Shown piece after piece: positions 1 through 13,000 of a DNA stretch of 64,000 bases (positions are counted from its first letter, which is position 1; each line of letters begins with the position of its first letter). The notes beneath the pieces were generated by a model that ran no database searches, was not told the DNA's origin, and was given only the letters and a program-made list of their open reading frames with translations. The position numbers and the translations under genes were made by a program. Source of the DNA: Dictyostelium discoideum (taxonomy: Eukaryota); assembly GCA_000004695.1 (NCBI GenBank), contig CM000152.2, forward strand, positions 4,128,001 through 4,192,000, read 5' to 3'.

Positions 1-500
1 ATCATTTAATATCGAAATGTTTGGAACCTATTGAAATTATTAGTACACTAAGATCAACTTATCGTATGACTAATAAACCTGTACCAACTAAACCTTCAAT
101 ATATGTTTCAAATTTAATTTCACCATTAGAAATTCTAATTAATAATAAAGCATCTTCATTACATTTCATTCCACCGGAAATTAAATTAAATTGGGCAATC
201 TCTGTATTAACTCCTGTCACTGAAAGTTTTAAAAATGCCGCAACAAATTTAATTCAAAGTGTAACTCAATCAAATGATATCATTAATAAAATGGTAAAGA
301 AAAGTAAACCAACCACAACCACCAGCGGTGGTGATATGTCTGATATGGATAAAATCTCACTTCAATTATATTTAGATGTTGATAAATTTGGTTTATATAT
401 TCAAAAATTTGGTATAAATTTATTAACTTTCGAACCATTCTTGGGTTTAAAATCCATTGTGGAACCATTTAAAAAATTAATTTTAAATCAAAATAAATAA
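1..500 (+). CDS. 3'-terminal coding exon of an upstream gene (partial, unknown product)
   Basis: The frame is open from the window edge to TAA at 498-500 and contains the 159-aa ORF 21..500. Base composition is coding-like and the flank after 500 is poly(A)/poly(T) rich. No family recognised. Confidence 0.4.
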   Translation, partial: HLISKCLEPIEIISTLRSTYRMTNKPVPTKPSIYVSNLISPLEILINNKASSLHFIPPEIKLNWAISVLTPVTESFKNAATNLIQSVTQSNDIINKMVKKSKPTTTTSGGDMSDMDKISLQLYLDVDKFGLYIQKFGINLLTFEPFLGLKSIVEPFKKLILNQNK

Positions 501-654
501 TTTAAAAAAAATAAAAAAATAAAAAATAAATAAATAATCATTAAATTTTATTTATACAAAATAACTTTATTAATAAAAAAAAAAAAAAAAAAAATTTAAA
601 AATAAAAAATAAAATAAAATATTGAAAAAAATATTTATTTTCATTCATTTATAC

Positions 655-697
<43 letters not shown>

Positions 698-877
698 ATA
701 TTTGATTATTCTCAAAGCGATGAGTATAAAAGACCATTATTTATAAGATTATTAATATGGGGATTCATAAATAAAATTAAAAATAAAATAAAAAAAAAAA
801 AAAATAAAAAAAAAAACTTTAAAATTAATTTTTTTTTATTTTATTTTTTTTTTATTAATTTTTGCCCAAGTCGTCGA

Positions 878-914
<37 letters not shown>

Positions 915-1011
915 GGAAAAAAAAAAAAAAAATAAATAAAATAATAATAATAATAATAATAATAATTATTTGGACCAAAACAAAGGTAAAATTTTTATTC
1001 TTTTTTTTTAT

Positions 1012-1048
<37 letters not shown>

Positions 1049-1692
1049 GAAGTTATACAAATAATTTTAAATTTTTTTTTATTAGATTTGAGTTGTAAAA
1101 TTTAAATATTGGAAATTATTATTTATTTGACAACACCAAACCATTACAGGTCAAATGTCTTTTAATTTTGTGTTCTGGAACCTTTAAGATATTTTATTTT
1201 TTTTTTATTTTTTTTTTTTTCTTTTCACATTTTTTTTTCAGTTTTTTTTTTTAATTTTTTTTTATTTTTTTTTTTTATTTTTTATTTTTTTTTTTTATTT
1301 TTTTTTTTTTTTAATTTTTTTTTTTTTTTTTATTTTTTTAATTTTTTTTCTTTTTTTTCTTAAATTAAAAAAACGGTTCCCTTTTATAAAAAAAAAAAAA
1401 AATAACTAAAAAAAAAATTTATATTATTATTATATTTTAAAATATTAATAATTTCATAGAAAAACAATATACTCTATTATATATATAATATATATATATA
1501 TATCCTTTTTTTTTTTTTTTATTATTTATTTTTTTGTGTAATTTTTATTTTCATATAATTTTTTTTTTTTTTATTTATTTTTATTTTTTTTTTTCTTCAC
1601 CCCATTTTTTTTTATTTTTTATTTTTTTATTTTTTTTTTTCATTTTATCTCTAATCAAAGTAATAAAAAAAAAAAAAAAAACAAATAAATAA

Positions 1693-1727
<35 letters not shown>

Positions 1728-1869
1728 TTTAACAAAGAAAAAAAATAAAATAAAATAAAACAAAATAAAATAACAATAGAAATAAAGTAGTTATAATTTA
1801 ATATAAATATTATAGTTAAACAACAACAACAATAACAACAGCAATAATAATAAAAATAATAGTATTAAA

Positions 1870-2078
1870 ATGTCGATTTTAACAAGAGATGGAGTTGCTC
1901 CATTTATTAAATCTTTAATCCAAATGTTGGATACACCAGAGAATGGTCACCTCATTAGATGGGGTAAAACTGGAGAATCAATTGTAATTACCAATTGTGC
2001 AGAATTTGAGACTAAACTTTTACCAAAATACTTTAAAACTGGAAAGTTTTGTAGTTTTATAAGGTACCTATTTAAAAA

Positions 2079-2145
<67 letters not shown>

Positions 2146-2893
2146 TTTCTTTTATAAAATACTAACTTTTTTATTATTATTTTTTATTTTATATAAAATT
2201 TAGACAATTAAATATTTATGGATTTCATAAAGTTGAGGATGAAAAACAACCAGTTGTAGAAGATTCTAATCATGAATCATCAGAGTCACAAACCGCAAGA
2301 ACATTTGAATTTGCAAATGATAATTTTAAGAAAGCATATCCTGATCTTTTAATAAACATCAAGAGAAGAAAGAGTGTAAGAAGATCATTGACATTGAACA
2401 ACAATAATCCAAACAACTATAGAGCATTCCCCTCATCAAGTTTGGAGGATGATGATGATGACCATATAGTTGGAGGTGGTGTTTCAAATTCATCACTCTC
2501 TACACCATCCCTATCACCAATCGGTAGTATTGGTAGTAATGGTGATGTTAAATTGGGTGATATGAAGATCAACAATAACATGAGTGGCATTAATAGCAAT
2601 AGTTATAACTCTGCTGACAAAGCAATCCTTCAACAATTGTTATACCAATTCACTAAATTCCAAGTAGATTATAACGAGTTGAAATTCTCTCACTCTAGTC
2701 TTCAAGAATCACATTCACAGCTTCAAAATGCCTATCAATCATTACAACACTCTCACCAAAATTTATTGGATAGAGTTTTAAAACTTACAAAAGCAATTTT
2801 AGGTCAATCCATTTTAAATACAAATTCACAATTCAATCCTCAAAATAATTTACAAAATAAACAAAATAATTTAGTAAATGATATAATTTCAAC

Positions 2894-2963
<70 letters not shown>

Positions 2964-2965
2964 TC

Positions 2966-3016
<51 letters not shown>

Positions 3017-3416
3017 ACAACAACAACAACAACACCAAATTCAAATGCAACCAACTCCACCACAACTTCCAATGCCAACTCCACCACAACTTCCAATGCC
3101 AACTCCACCACAACATCAAATGCAACCAACCCCACCATCACCACAACAACCAACTCCACCACAACAACAAGTACCACAATCTCAAATTCCAAGCTCACCA
3201 CAACAACAACAACAACAACAGCAACAACAATATATTATTTCACCACCATCTTATTCACCAACATCGAGCAGTAACCAAATTGGAGGATTTAATCAAATTA
3301 ATAAATCAAATGGGTCAACTAATAGCATAAATTCAAATAACAGCACAATAAATGGTAATAATAACAATAATAGCAATAATAATAACAATAATAACAATAA
3401 TAACAACAATAACAAC

Positions 3417-3447
<31 letters not shown>

Positions 3448-3462
3448 GTAATAACAGTAATA

Positions 3463-3516
<54 letters not shown>

Positions 3517-4265
3517 TGGGAAATAGTATTAGTAATTTGAGTTTGGGTAATTTAACAAGTCAATTAACAAATAGTAATGGTAGTAATAGTAATAATAGCA
3601 CAGATCTTTTAAGTTTGGTTCAACAGCTCTCAAATGGTTCATTGTCAACAACTAATACACAACATTTATTAAATTTAATTCAACAACAACAACAAATCCA
3701 ACTTTTACAACCTCAACAACAAAACCAACAACAAAGTCAACAACAAAATCAACAATCACAACCTATACTACCACAACCTATACTACCACAACAAGTTCAA
3801 AATTTTTCACCACAACATCAATCGATTAGACCCACAAATAATATTTCCAATATAGATTTTACAAACGAACAATTTTACTTGAATAATAACAACAACAATA
3901 ACAATAATAATAGTAATAGTAATAATAATAGTAATAATAATAATAACAATAATAGTAACAATAGTAACAATACTAGTGGTAATAGTATAAATATTCAACC
4001 AACATACAATGTCAAAGAGGAAGGTGGTAGTGAAGAATCAAATAAGAGAATTGAAGATTTCCTTTTAGAACAAGAATTATTTTCCCAATCAAATTCATTA
4101 AGTGCCGCTTTGACTGCCGCTCAAAAACCAGGCCAAGGTTTGGGAATTTCTCAAAATCTTTTGGGTATACAAAATAATCCAGATTTCTTTTTAAATAGTA
4201 CAAATAATATTAACAATACAAACACTAACTCAATGGATACTTATGGTGTCTATGGTAACTTTTAA
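1870..4265 (+). CDS. Heat shock transcription factor (HSF-type DNA-binding domain plus coiled-coil trimerisation region). The tail is long, Q/N/P-rich and low complexity.
   Basis: join(1870..2063,2204..4265). Exon 1 encodes FIKSLIQMLDTPENGHLIRWGKTGESIVITNCAEFETKLLPKYFKTGKFCSFI, and after splicing (donor GTACCT at 2064, acceptor AG at 2202-2203) the text continues RQLNIYGFHKV. This is the HSF DBD signature (..LPKYFKH.N..SFVRQLN.YGF.KV). The heptad-rich LQESHSQLQNAYQSLQHSHQNLLDRVLKL fits an HR-A/B oligomerisation region. Phase-2 junction: AG|A gives Arg. Confidence 0.85.
2079..2150. repeat. (ATT)n microsatellite of about 24 units inside the HSF intron
   Basis: Perfect attattatt... run read directly in the sequence. 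Confidence 0.95.
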
Positions 4266-4769
4266 AAATAATAAACAACAATAATAATAATAAAAAAAAA
4301 AAAAAAAGGAATTCTTTTATTTATTTTTTTTTCTTATTTTTTTCTTTTTTTTTTTTTTTATTTTTTTTCTTTTATTTTTTATCCAAAAGAGGTTTTATTT
4401 TCTATTTTTAAATTATGTTGATTGGATGTCGATTATGGTCATTTTGGCTATTTAAATGTTGTTGAATTGTAAAAATTAAAAAAAAAAAAAAGAATTAATA
4501 AATTAATATTTCTATTTATAAAATGATAATAACTTTGGCAAAAGTGTTTTTGTTTTTTTTACTTTTATAGTTTTTTTAGATTTCAAAGAAAAGATATTTT
4601 TTTTTTTTTTTAAAATTTTTTTTTAATTATTTTTTTTTTTGAATTTTTTTTTTTTAATTATTTTTTTTTTTTCATTCTCCTTTTTTCCTTATCCAATTAT
4701 TTTTTATTTTTTTTTTTCACCATTATTTTATTTTTTTTTCATTGTATTTTATTTTTAAAGTTAAAAAAA

Positions 4770-4804
<35 letters not shown>

Positions 4805-4806
4805 TA

Positions 4807-7800
4807 ATGGATAATATATATCAAAGAATAGAAAATTATCTTATAAAATTATTTCAAACAATATCAGAAACAAATAATAACAATAATAATAATAATACAA
4901 ATAATAATGTTGGAATTAAATTTGAAAATGATTTATTATTAGTTAATGAATTAGGATCAATTATATTAAAAGAATTGGTTCTTGAAGAAGAGATTGGATT
5001 GGTTGCATCATTATTATTTACAGGTGATCATAGTTTATTAAAGTATTTAGAAAAGTCATCAACCATTTCCAATAAAGAGAATGTGAAGATAAAAGTGTCA
5101 ATATTGAATTTAATAGCAGAGTTTATCGAGATATTACAAGTTAGAACTGATGATTATGCAATTGCAATAAAGAATACCTGTGTATTGGTATTCAGAAAGG
5201 ACCAATCCCATTCAGTCCAAGCCGCAGCTTTTGGCCCTATTAAAAAGATATTACATCTAATGTCTCGTGTACTTAAACAGGGTTCAATCGTTGCAGAAAG
5301 TTTTGGAGTGAGTGAGATGACACAACTGTTTTTATTGCAATTCACATGTGGAAAGCTAACTCAAACAGTTCGTGGTGAAATTATAGTTGTGCTTGGTTTA
5401 TTCACTGAATATTTCTCAAGTAATATGTGCGATCGTAATCAGCAATTATCATTCATATTCATGGAGACGCTCGGTGGCCAATTGCGGTCAAAGTCACCCG
5501 AGTCCACTTTAATTCAGTCGTGTTTGAAAGGATTGAATTCGTTATTGGTTCATTTCAGTGGCGATTTCATTGCAAGTGATCCAAAGAATGTTCAATTGAT
5601 ATATCAATATGTTTACATTTGTTTGGATCCTGCATCGTCGACTCAAAGATTCGAAATTCCAAGAGCAGCTATGAAAATCGTTGCGAGACATGCAGTTTTA
5701 TTACGTCAGTATTTGGCAGAACACTCACAACCTTTCTATACACGTATTGAGCATTGGTGTAATCATATCAATAAATTAAATCGTGATATAGCATTCACGG
5801 CAGTCGATTCATTCTTTCAACAAATTTCAAAGGAACTTACAAGTGGTAATCGTAGTTTAGAAGCTGATCAATCAACTTTTAAATTCTTTATTCGTAAATT
5901 CTATTCAATCTTTGAAAATAACAATTCATCACGTTTTGAACTTTCAATTGCAATTAGAGGTTGTGGTAGATTCGCTTCACCTGTTAAATCTTTTATGGGT
6001 GAATGGGAATTAAAATCCTTATTAAATTCTTTATTTAAATTTTCAGAAAAATTAATGGTTGTGTAAGTTGTTTTTTTTTAATTAAATTTAAATTAAATTA
6101 AATTAATAATAATATTTCTAATTTTATTTCTATTTATTTTTCTCAAATAGTAAAATTGAAAATATTGATGAAATTACATTACATTTATCAAGTTTTATAA
6201 ATGCATTCGCATGTATTTTATATGAATTAAATGAATTGGAATTTTGGTATTTAGATCATATTGAACAAGTTTTAGAAACTTATTTTATAATATTTCCACA
6301 TTTATTTGTAAAATCAAGAGATAGATATTTTAAAGCAGTTAATAGATTAATTAGCTCATTATTTTATCATGGTGAATATTTAAAGATATTATTAAGTAGA
6401 TTTGTAAAGAAAGGATTATTAATTACATTTTCAAAACCAAATGATTCAATTAAAAATTTAATTACAACTGCAAATACACCATTTTATCAAGTTTATAAAG
6501 ATCTTTGGTATAATCTTTTAAATCCAACAATTGATACAATTGATAAAGATTTAAATTCAACAATAAAAAAAGAAAATAATAATAATAATAATAATAAAAA
6601 TAAAAATAATAATAATAATCAAACATTAACAAAAGAAGAAATTTCAAAATCAATTAAAAAATTAGTTTATGATGAGATTGTTTCAAGTATTTTATCAATT
6701 ATAAAGAAATTAGATTTACAATACCAAAAGGATGAAAATGATAATAATAGTAATAGTAATAGTAATAATAATAATAATAATGATCAAGATAATAATAAAA
6801 TTTCAATTATTGAATATGAATCAGAAATTAATCAATTAAAACCAGTAACATCAAAAGATATTGAATTATTTTTAGGATTAGTTGAATTTTTTAAATTATT
6901 CATTTCAAAGTATAATACAGAATTATTTGTTCAATGGATTTATATATTTGGTAAAGAAATGATTAGTTTTTCAAAGAAATATCCATTAATTAGTGGTTTT
7001 TATAAATTGGTTCAAATTGTAATGCAAATTTGTAAATCTCAAAAATATTTTAATGAATTACAACAAGATGATAATATAAATTCAGTTATATTTAATAATC
7101 AAATTATTGATGAACAACTACAACAGCAACAAGATATTATGGATATTGATGATACTGATAATAATAGTAATAGTAATAATAAAATCAATAAGAAATTAAC
7201 AAATAGTTTGGAAGAAGATAAAAATAATTGTTTTATATTATTTAAAAAATATATTAAAGAAGTTAGTAATTTTATTAGTCATTATAAAGATGAATTATTA
7301 AGTTCATGTATTGAATTATTATTATCATTACCAAAACAATTGATATCAATACCATTGTTAGTACCAATTGCAAATTTAGCATTCCAATATGGTATTAGTT
7401 ATTTACCATTAGCTCATGTTGGTTTGAATGCTATCGAATATTGGAATTTAGTTGTACCAGATCAGGTTCATAAACATTTAGATCAATTATTACCAAGTTT
7501 AAATGATTATTTAAAGATTTCAACAAATAGTTCAGATTCAACTTCAGGTGGTGATATAGATATTGATAGTGGTGGTAGTATGGGAGGAGGAGGAGTTGTA
7601 CCACCACCATCATCATCATCAAGACATAGAAAAATGAAATTTAAATCAAATAGTTCATTAATTGATCCAAAACAATTACAATTTAAAACATCAATTGAAG
7701 ATTTACAAAATAGAATTATTAGATTATTAGGCCAATTGGGTGGTGATAATGTTCATTTCCTTGGAAAAGTTAGTTTAGTTGGTGAAGAGATCGTTAATGG

Positions 7801-8537
7801 TGTGGCATGGGACACTGAGCCAAAGGTATTAATTAAAATACCATTTGCAGATCAAAATAATATTGATATTTATTTGGACGTAATTTTACCAAATGTTGTA
7901 AATCTTGCAGAGAAATCACCAAATCGTCAAATTAAAGTTGCAGCAGGTGAATTACTTCATTCAGTTTTGTTAATGATGATTGGTAATTCAGCAAATCAAT
8001 CACAGGCTAATCAAATATCGTATAGTAGATTATATAGAAAGATATTCCCATCATTAATTTGTTTATCGACAGATGTTGAACAAGTTACCAAACAATTATT
8101 TCAACCATTAGTTTTTCAAATGATTCATTGGTTCACTCGTAATAAGAAACAAGAGTCTGACGATACAATGAATTTATTGAATGCAATAGTTGATGCTGTT
8201 GGTAACCCATTGGATGGTGCAAGAAGAGATTTCGCAGGTCAATGTCTTTGTGAATTTGCAAAATGGTCTCTTAAAAATACTTCAGTTAAACAACAAGAAA
8301 AGAATGCTTTCAATTTCAAATCAATCTTAAAAAGAATCTATAGTCTTGCACATCATCCTGATCCTTATAAAAGATTAGGTGCTGCAATTTCTTTCAATCA
8401 ATTATATCGTATTTTCCGTGAAGAAGATTCATTAGTTGATCAATTCATTTTTGAAATTTTACATAATATATTTTTTAGTTTAAGAATTGGTGATGATTTA
8501 ACAAATACAAGTAGTAGTAAAAACAATAGTAATAGTA

Positions 8538-8568
<31 letters not shown>

Positions 8569-9977
8569 TAGTGAAGATGGTACAGAAGATTCAATTGTTG
8601 AAATTGCATCAAAATATTCAAATGTTTTAGCAGCATTAACAAAAGTTATAATTAAACGTGCTGATATGTTAAATAAACCATCAAATACTAGAAGAGAACA
8701 TAAAGATTTATCACAATTTGTACAGTGGGTATTCCAAAATGGTTGTAGTAGAACTGAGTCAATCGTTAGATATGAATCAATGATACTTTTCACACAATTG
8801 GTAACATTATTACCAAATATTAAAACACCATTACAATGGGTAAAAGAACGTATAAAATCTAATGGTATTCAATTCATTGTTTCAATTGCAGAACAACAAG
8901 GTGGTGGTGTTGGTGGTGGTAGTAGTAATGGTAATACAAGTTTAGGTAGAATTCCAAAGATTGAAATTGGTAAACATAAAGATATAGAATTTTGGTTTAG
9001 AAATTTATCAACAAGTTTAAATATTTATTTATGGTTCTTTTCAGAAGGTTTCTTTGAACCAATTCAAATTTTAACAAGTAGAGAATTTAAATCTTCATTA
9101 TTATCAAGTGCTTTTCATACTTTTACAACTCAATTTTCAATGTTAAATTTTAATTCAAATTTAAAAACAAACCAACAACAACAACAACAACAGGTATCAA
9201 TGTTTTCATCAATGACACCAAAAGAAATTGATCAATTTAATAGATTAAAATGTAATGTAATTACAAATTTATTTGGTTTATATATTTTATTATTAGAGAA
9301 ATATAAATTTGAACAAGTTATAGATTATGGTGGTGTTGCTTTTGTACAATTGTTGGTTAAATGTTTAATGGATCCACAATCAGTTGGATTTGTAAATAAT
9401 TATTTAGAAGAGAGAGAAGTTGAACTTTCAAAATCATCACGTCAAGATATTCGTAATTTAATGTCTCGTACTTTTAAATTCCCACCACTTTTAGAAATTA
9501 TTAATAATATTATAAAATTATTAATTCAAATTAAGCCAAAATATAATGATATATTACATAAAGAATTAATGGAATATATATTACCAAATAATAGTAACAA
9601 CAATAATAATAGTAGTAGTAGTGGTAATAACAAATCAATGTTTAGTTTAATTGATATTAGACAATTAATTAATACAGAAGGTACAGATAGGTTAATTCAT
9701 TTAATTCATTCATATCAAATACTTTATAAATATAATTTATTGGATTCAATATTATTAGAGAATTATAATGAACAATCTGAACAAGGTATTCAAGATTTAC
9801 CAAAATCTTCACTTGAATTTAGTGAATTTATCTTTGATTATTTATTTAATAATTGTGAGAATTTATCACCTTCAAAATTATTAATTTCAAAAGAATTAAT
9901 TCAATTGGCTTTAACAATTGGTATTAAACCAATTAAATTATTATCTTTAATAATTAATCCAAATGTACAAAATACAA

Positions 9978-10011
<34 letters not shown>

Positions 10012-13000
10012 TACAACCACAACAACAACAAGCACTAATAATAATAATGATAATAATAATGAATTTATTAAAGATATTCATGATATTTTTTATAAAACAT
10101 TATTTACAGAAATTAATAATTATATTTCAAATAATTTTCAATTGTTTTTACCATTGTTGGCAAATAGAATTATTGAAACTAATCAAATTCATAAGGTTTT
10201 AAATGATGTATGTATAATGAAGCAACAACAACAACCAAATCGTGGATTTAAAGATATTATTGAATCAATTGTATTATTCTTAAATTCAATTTCAGAATGG
10301 ACATTAAATTCAAATTTGAAATTAGTTGAAAAAGAAAATATCATTGAATTTACAAAGAACCTTATAAAGATTGATCCAATACAATTCTTTGAAAATAAGC
10401 ATTGTTATGAATTTGTTTATAATATAATAACAAATTATTTATGTCGTTCAAATCCTTTAACATTTAAAAATAAGGTATTGGTATTATTACCTTATTTATT
10501 ATCTTATCCAAAACATAATAATTTTGATTTAGTAAGTACAATTATTTAATTTTTTTTTGTTTCATTTTTAAAATAATTATTTATTTTAATCGTACACTAA
10601 CTTTTAATTTTTTTTTTTTTTTTTTTTTTAAATAAAAATATACCAGATAAAACAAAAATTAAATGAAATTGTTGTTTATGATTTCCCATTAAATTCAAAA
10701 GATTTAACAGTTAAATCACCAATTTATAATGAATATATTACATGTATAGAAAGATTATTAGAGACATTTGAACTTACAAAGAATCCATTAGTAATTGATA
10801 CATTATTACATGTTTTAAAAGAAACTGATCATACACATATTAATTATATTAATTTATCAATTGAAAGATCAATTTTATCAACAAATGATATTGAAGCAAA
10901 AGAAATATTTAGTCATTGTTTTGAGTAAGTTTTTAAACAAACTTTTAATTTTATATTATAATTATTATTTAATTTATTAACTCTTTTTTTTTTTTTTTTT
11001 TTTTTTAATAGATTATTTTTAAATCATTATGATGAATTAAAAATTACATTAATTGATAAATTTTGTGTACCATTAATTAGTCATATGAAAGAGAATATAT
11101 TAGTTCAAATTTTTAGTCAACATTTAAGTTCTTTAATGTCAATTATTCAACCATTGCAACCAAAATATTTATCAGATTCACAAGAAAGAAAATCATCAAT
11201 TATTGAAAAGATTTGTTGTTTCCATTTAATTGAAGCATTATATCAATCATTACCATCAGCAATTATAAAGGAGAAAATTAATCCATTCTTTTATGATAAA
11301 CCAGATGGTAAAGGTACAGAGTTGACAGCAGCCATTATGAAAGCAGCCCATTCTGCAAAATCAGAGAAATTAACATCCGATGATAAATATGTTACAAGAT
11401 CATTATGTACTAAGTATCATGGTGCTGCTTTTAGTGCATTGGCAAGTGTTATAGTTTCAACTCAAACTAAAGAAAACTTTTTCCATGTTTTCTTCTTTAA
11501 AGAGAATAAAGATAAAAATGAATACCTTTGGGAGAACATTATCGATACTGATCAAGTTTTTAACTTTCAACCAGAGACTAATTTCCTTGTTTCCTACAGT
11601 ACCCCTCAATCATTATTTGCAAATGATTTAAGATATCTTTCAAGTCAATATTTAGTTGATAGTAGTTTAAGTCAAGATTTTATTGCTAAAAACTTTTTAG
11701 AAGGTGATAATAATTCAACAACAAATAATAATAATGGTGATGATGGTATTATAATGCAAGGTCAGTCGCAAAGTGGTGATAATGAAAATCAAATATCAAA
11801 TGATATAGAAATTGATCAAGTTAATTCAAATCCATCAATGATTGCAATGTTAAAAATTATTGATTTCTATCAAAAGAAATTTGTAGTCACACCACCATCT
11901 TCAATATTATTTGGACAACAATCACAACAACCAAAACCAACAGTTGGAGATATGCCAAAATGGATGTTTGAAATTTATCAAAAACTTCAACAAGGTGTTC
12001 ATCCAAATATTGTAATTTTTATGATAAAAATCATTATCAATAGACCACAATACTTTGAAAGATTTCATGAACTTTGGATACCAATTCTAATGGATTATGT
12101 AGTTTCAGAGGGTAATGGTGGTAATGGATTACATTACTTTGTACGTGATGTTTGTTTTATTTTATTGAAATGGCCAAATATTTATAAATCTCAAGATGGT
12201 GGTGGCGGCACTACATTAGAAAAACATCTTTCAAAGTTTGTAAATCATTTAATGAAGAATACCTATTGTACCGATAGAAGAATTTTAAAGAGTAATTTAA
12301 ATATTGTGAAATCATTTGTTGAAAGGTGGAAATCACTTTTCAAAGTTGATAAATCAATCATTTTAGAGTTATTATCAACAAAAGGTGATTTCAAGAGTAA
12401 AAGTAGACAAATTAAAACAACTGGTTTAGTATTATTATCAATTTTATTAAGTAATGGTTATCCTGCATATGATAAAGAATATGATTCAAATACCATTAGT
12501 GAATTTAAATTTTATCAAGTTTTATTAGATCATTTACAAGATTTTAAAGAACTTTATGATGCTGCATCTGAAGTTTGTGGTATGATTTTATTATATCTTT
12601 CAAAGCAACAACAATCACAACAACAACAACAACAATCAATATTCCCACAATTATTAAAAGATAAAATTAATTCAATATTAAATAATAATGAAAATCAAAG
12701 AGCATTTAGTTGTCTTTATTTTATTGGTTTACATTATCCATTATTTTTACAAGGATTTTATGGTAAAATATTTAATTTATTACCACAAATTTCAAATGAA
12801 ACTAGATTGATTGCATTAAATATCATTCATTGGTGTGTTGAAGATATTCAAGATCTTTATACGAAATTGAAATCAAATAATATTGAAAATTTAATTAGAA
12901 TTAGAGAAGGTGAGATTCAAGTGGTAATCTTAAGAATTCTTTATAAATTGGTTCAAAAAAGAGATACTACTTTTGGTACTGTAAATCAAATTCTATCATT

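Noticed and set aside
1581-1763. Short F/K-rich ORFs in the 500-1870 intergenic region
   Set aside because: They are homopolymer A/T runs with no coding signal.
2893-3201. Minus-strand poly-V/poly-Y ORF and the plus-strand poly-I ORF 3352..3540 within the HSF gene
   Set aside because: They are frame-shifted or antisense readings of the Q/N coding microsatellites.
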